From: Heterodontus francisci
Lineage: Eukaryota
Direction: 5' to 3'
Assembly: GCF_036365525.1 (NCBI RefSeq)
Contig: NC_090376.1
Coordinates: 131,358,765-131,422,764, forward strand
Length of the DNA: 64,000 bases
Part shown: positions 63,336 to 64,000 of the stretch, in pieces
Layout: each line of letters starts with the position of its first letter
How positions within the stretch are numbered: position 1 is the first letter of the stretch
Program-made: the position numbers and the translations under genes
Notes under the pieces: model-generated
What the model was told of the DNA's origin: nothing
The model's database searches: none
What the model saw: only the letters and a program-made list of their open reading frames with translations

Positions 63336-63532
63336 CCAAGGTAATTTACCAAAATTGTGTTTGTGAATGGTAAACTGGCATTTGATAGTTTCTATGGCTG
63401 ACCGTTAAAATTAGTCATGTGTCCTGTTTTATCGTTTCTTCCTTCTCTTACCCCTTCCCGCTTTACATGTGGCAATTCATGTTCGGCTATAATTTTCTAG
63501 GTGGTAATTGTAGGCTAGATAGAAATCTAGAG

Positions 63533-64000
63533 CAGTGGTTCTCAAACAGGGGTCTGTAGAGACTTTCCACGGGGCCCATGACATATGAAAAGTGCTGACT
63601 GAGCAGGGTCAGCCTGGCGTGTGGATGATGTGAGCGGCTGCCTGGGGCACCATGATCTGGAGGGGGTCACCATGGGTCAAGAGTAAATGAATGAGCAATG
63701 GCCCAAGGCAGGGGTGGAGTGCAGGCGCCACATGCACCTGGCAGAGTGGGCTAGCTGTCTCACCTAGGGGAGTGCATATGGAGGAGCCCTAGGGGAGTGC
63801 ATATGAGAGTGGCACAAAGATTGCCCAGTAGATCCTCAGTTACTAAGGATGGTGCTGGGCACCAGATGAGTTCAGCCTTCTTTAAGAGAGGGGACTCTCT
63901 TTAAATACCTGAACACAAGAAATGATGACAAAATACAGGTTTGTCCAAGACTCCTCTTTTTACATGCAGCACTTTTACAATGAGTATTATATAGTATAAT
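63533..64000. mobile_element. Probable hAT-Charlie DNA transposon end; right boundary not seen
   Basis: CAGTGGTTCTCAAAC terminus preceded by ATCTAGAG, the NTCTAGAN target preferred by Charlie elements. Confidence 0.55.

Overview
This window is vertebrate genomic DNA, most likely from a cartilaginous fish (shark), judging by HE1-type V-SINE, Deu-domain SINEs and HER1/CR1-type LINE tails. It covers the conserved TBC1D4 - COMMD6 - UCHL3 block. It holds the first coding exon of TBC1D4 (minus), about 43 kb of repeat-rich intergenic DNA, a complete 7-exon COMMD6 gene (minus, 204 aa, long form with the N-terminal helical domain) and UCHL3 exons 1-3 (plus). The COMMD6 and UCHL3 start codons are only 498 bp apart, head-to-head. 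Repeats include a near full-length degenerate Penelope-like retroelement with many short derivatives carrying a minimal hammerhead-ribozyme motif, a decayed Harbinger transposon, a MITE family, solo-LTR-like elements, CR1/L2 fragments and an orphan histone H2B pseudogene. The most notable observations are the Penelope/hammerhead system (including a young 82-bp hairpin insertion in COMMD6 intron 4) and the apparently ancestral COMMD6 architecture. All exon and motif coordinates were read by eye; repeat boundaries are approximate unless a TSD is given.
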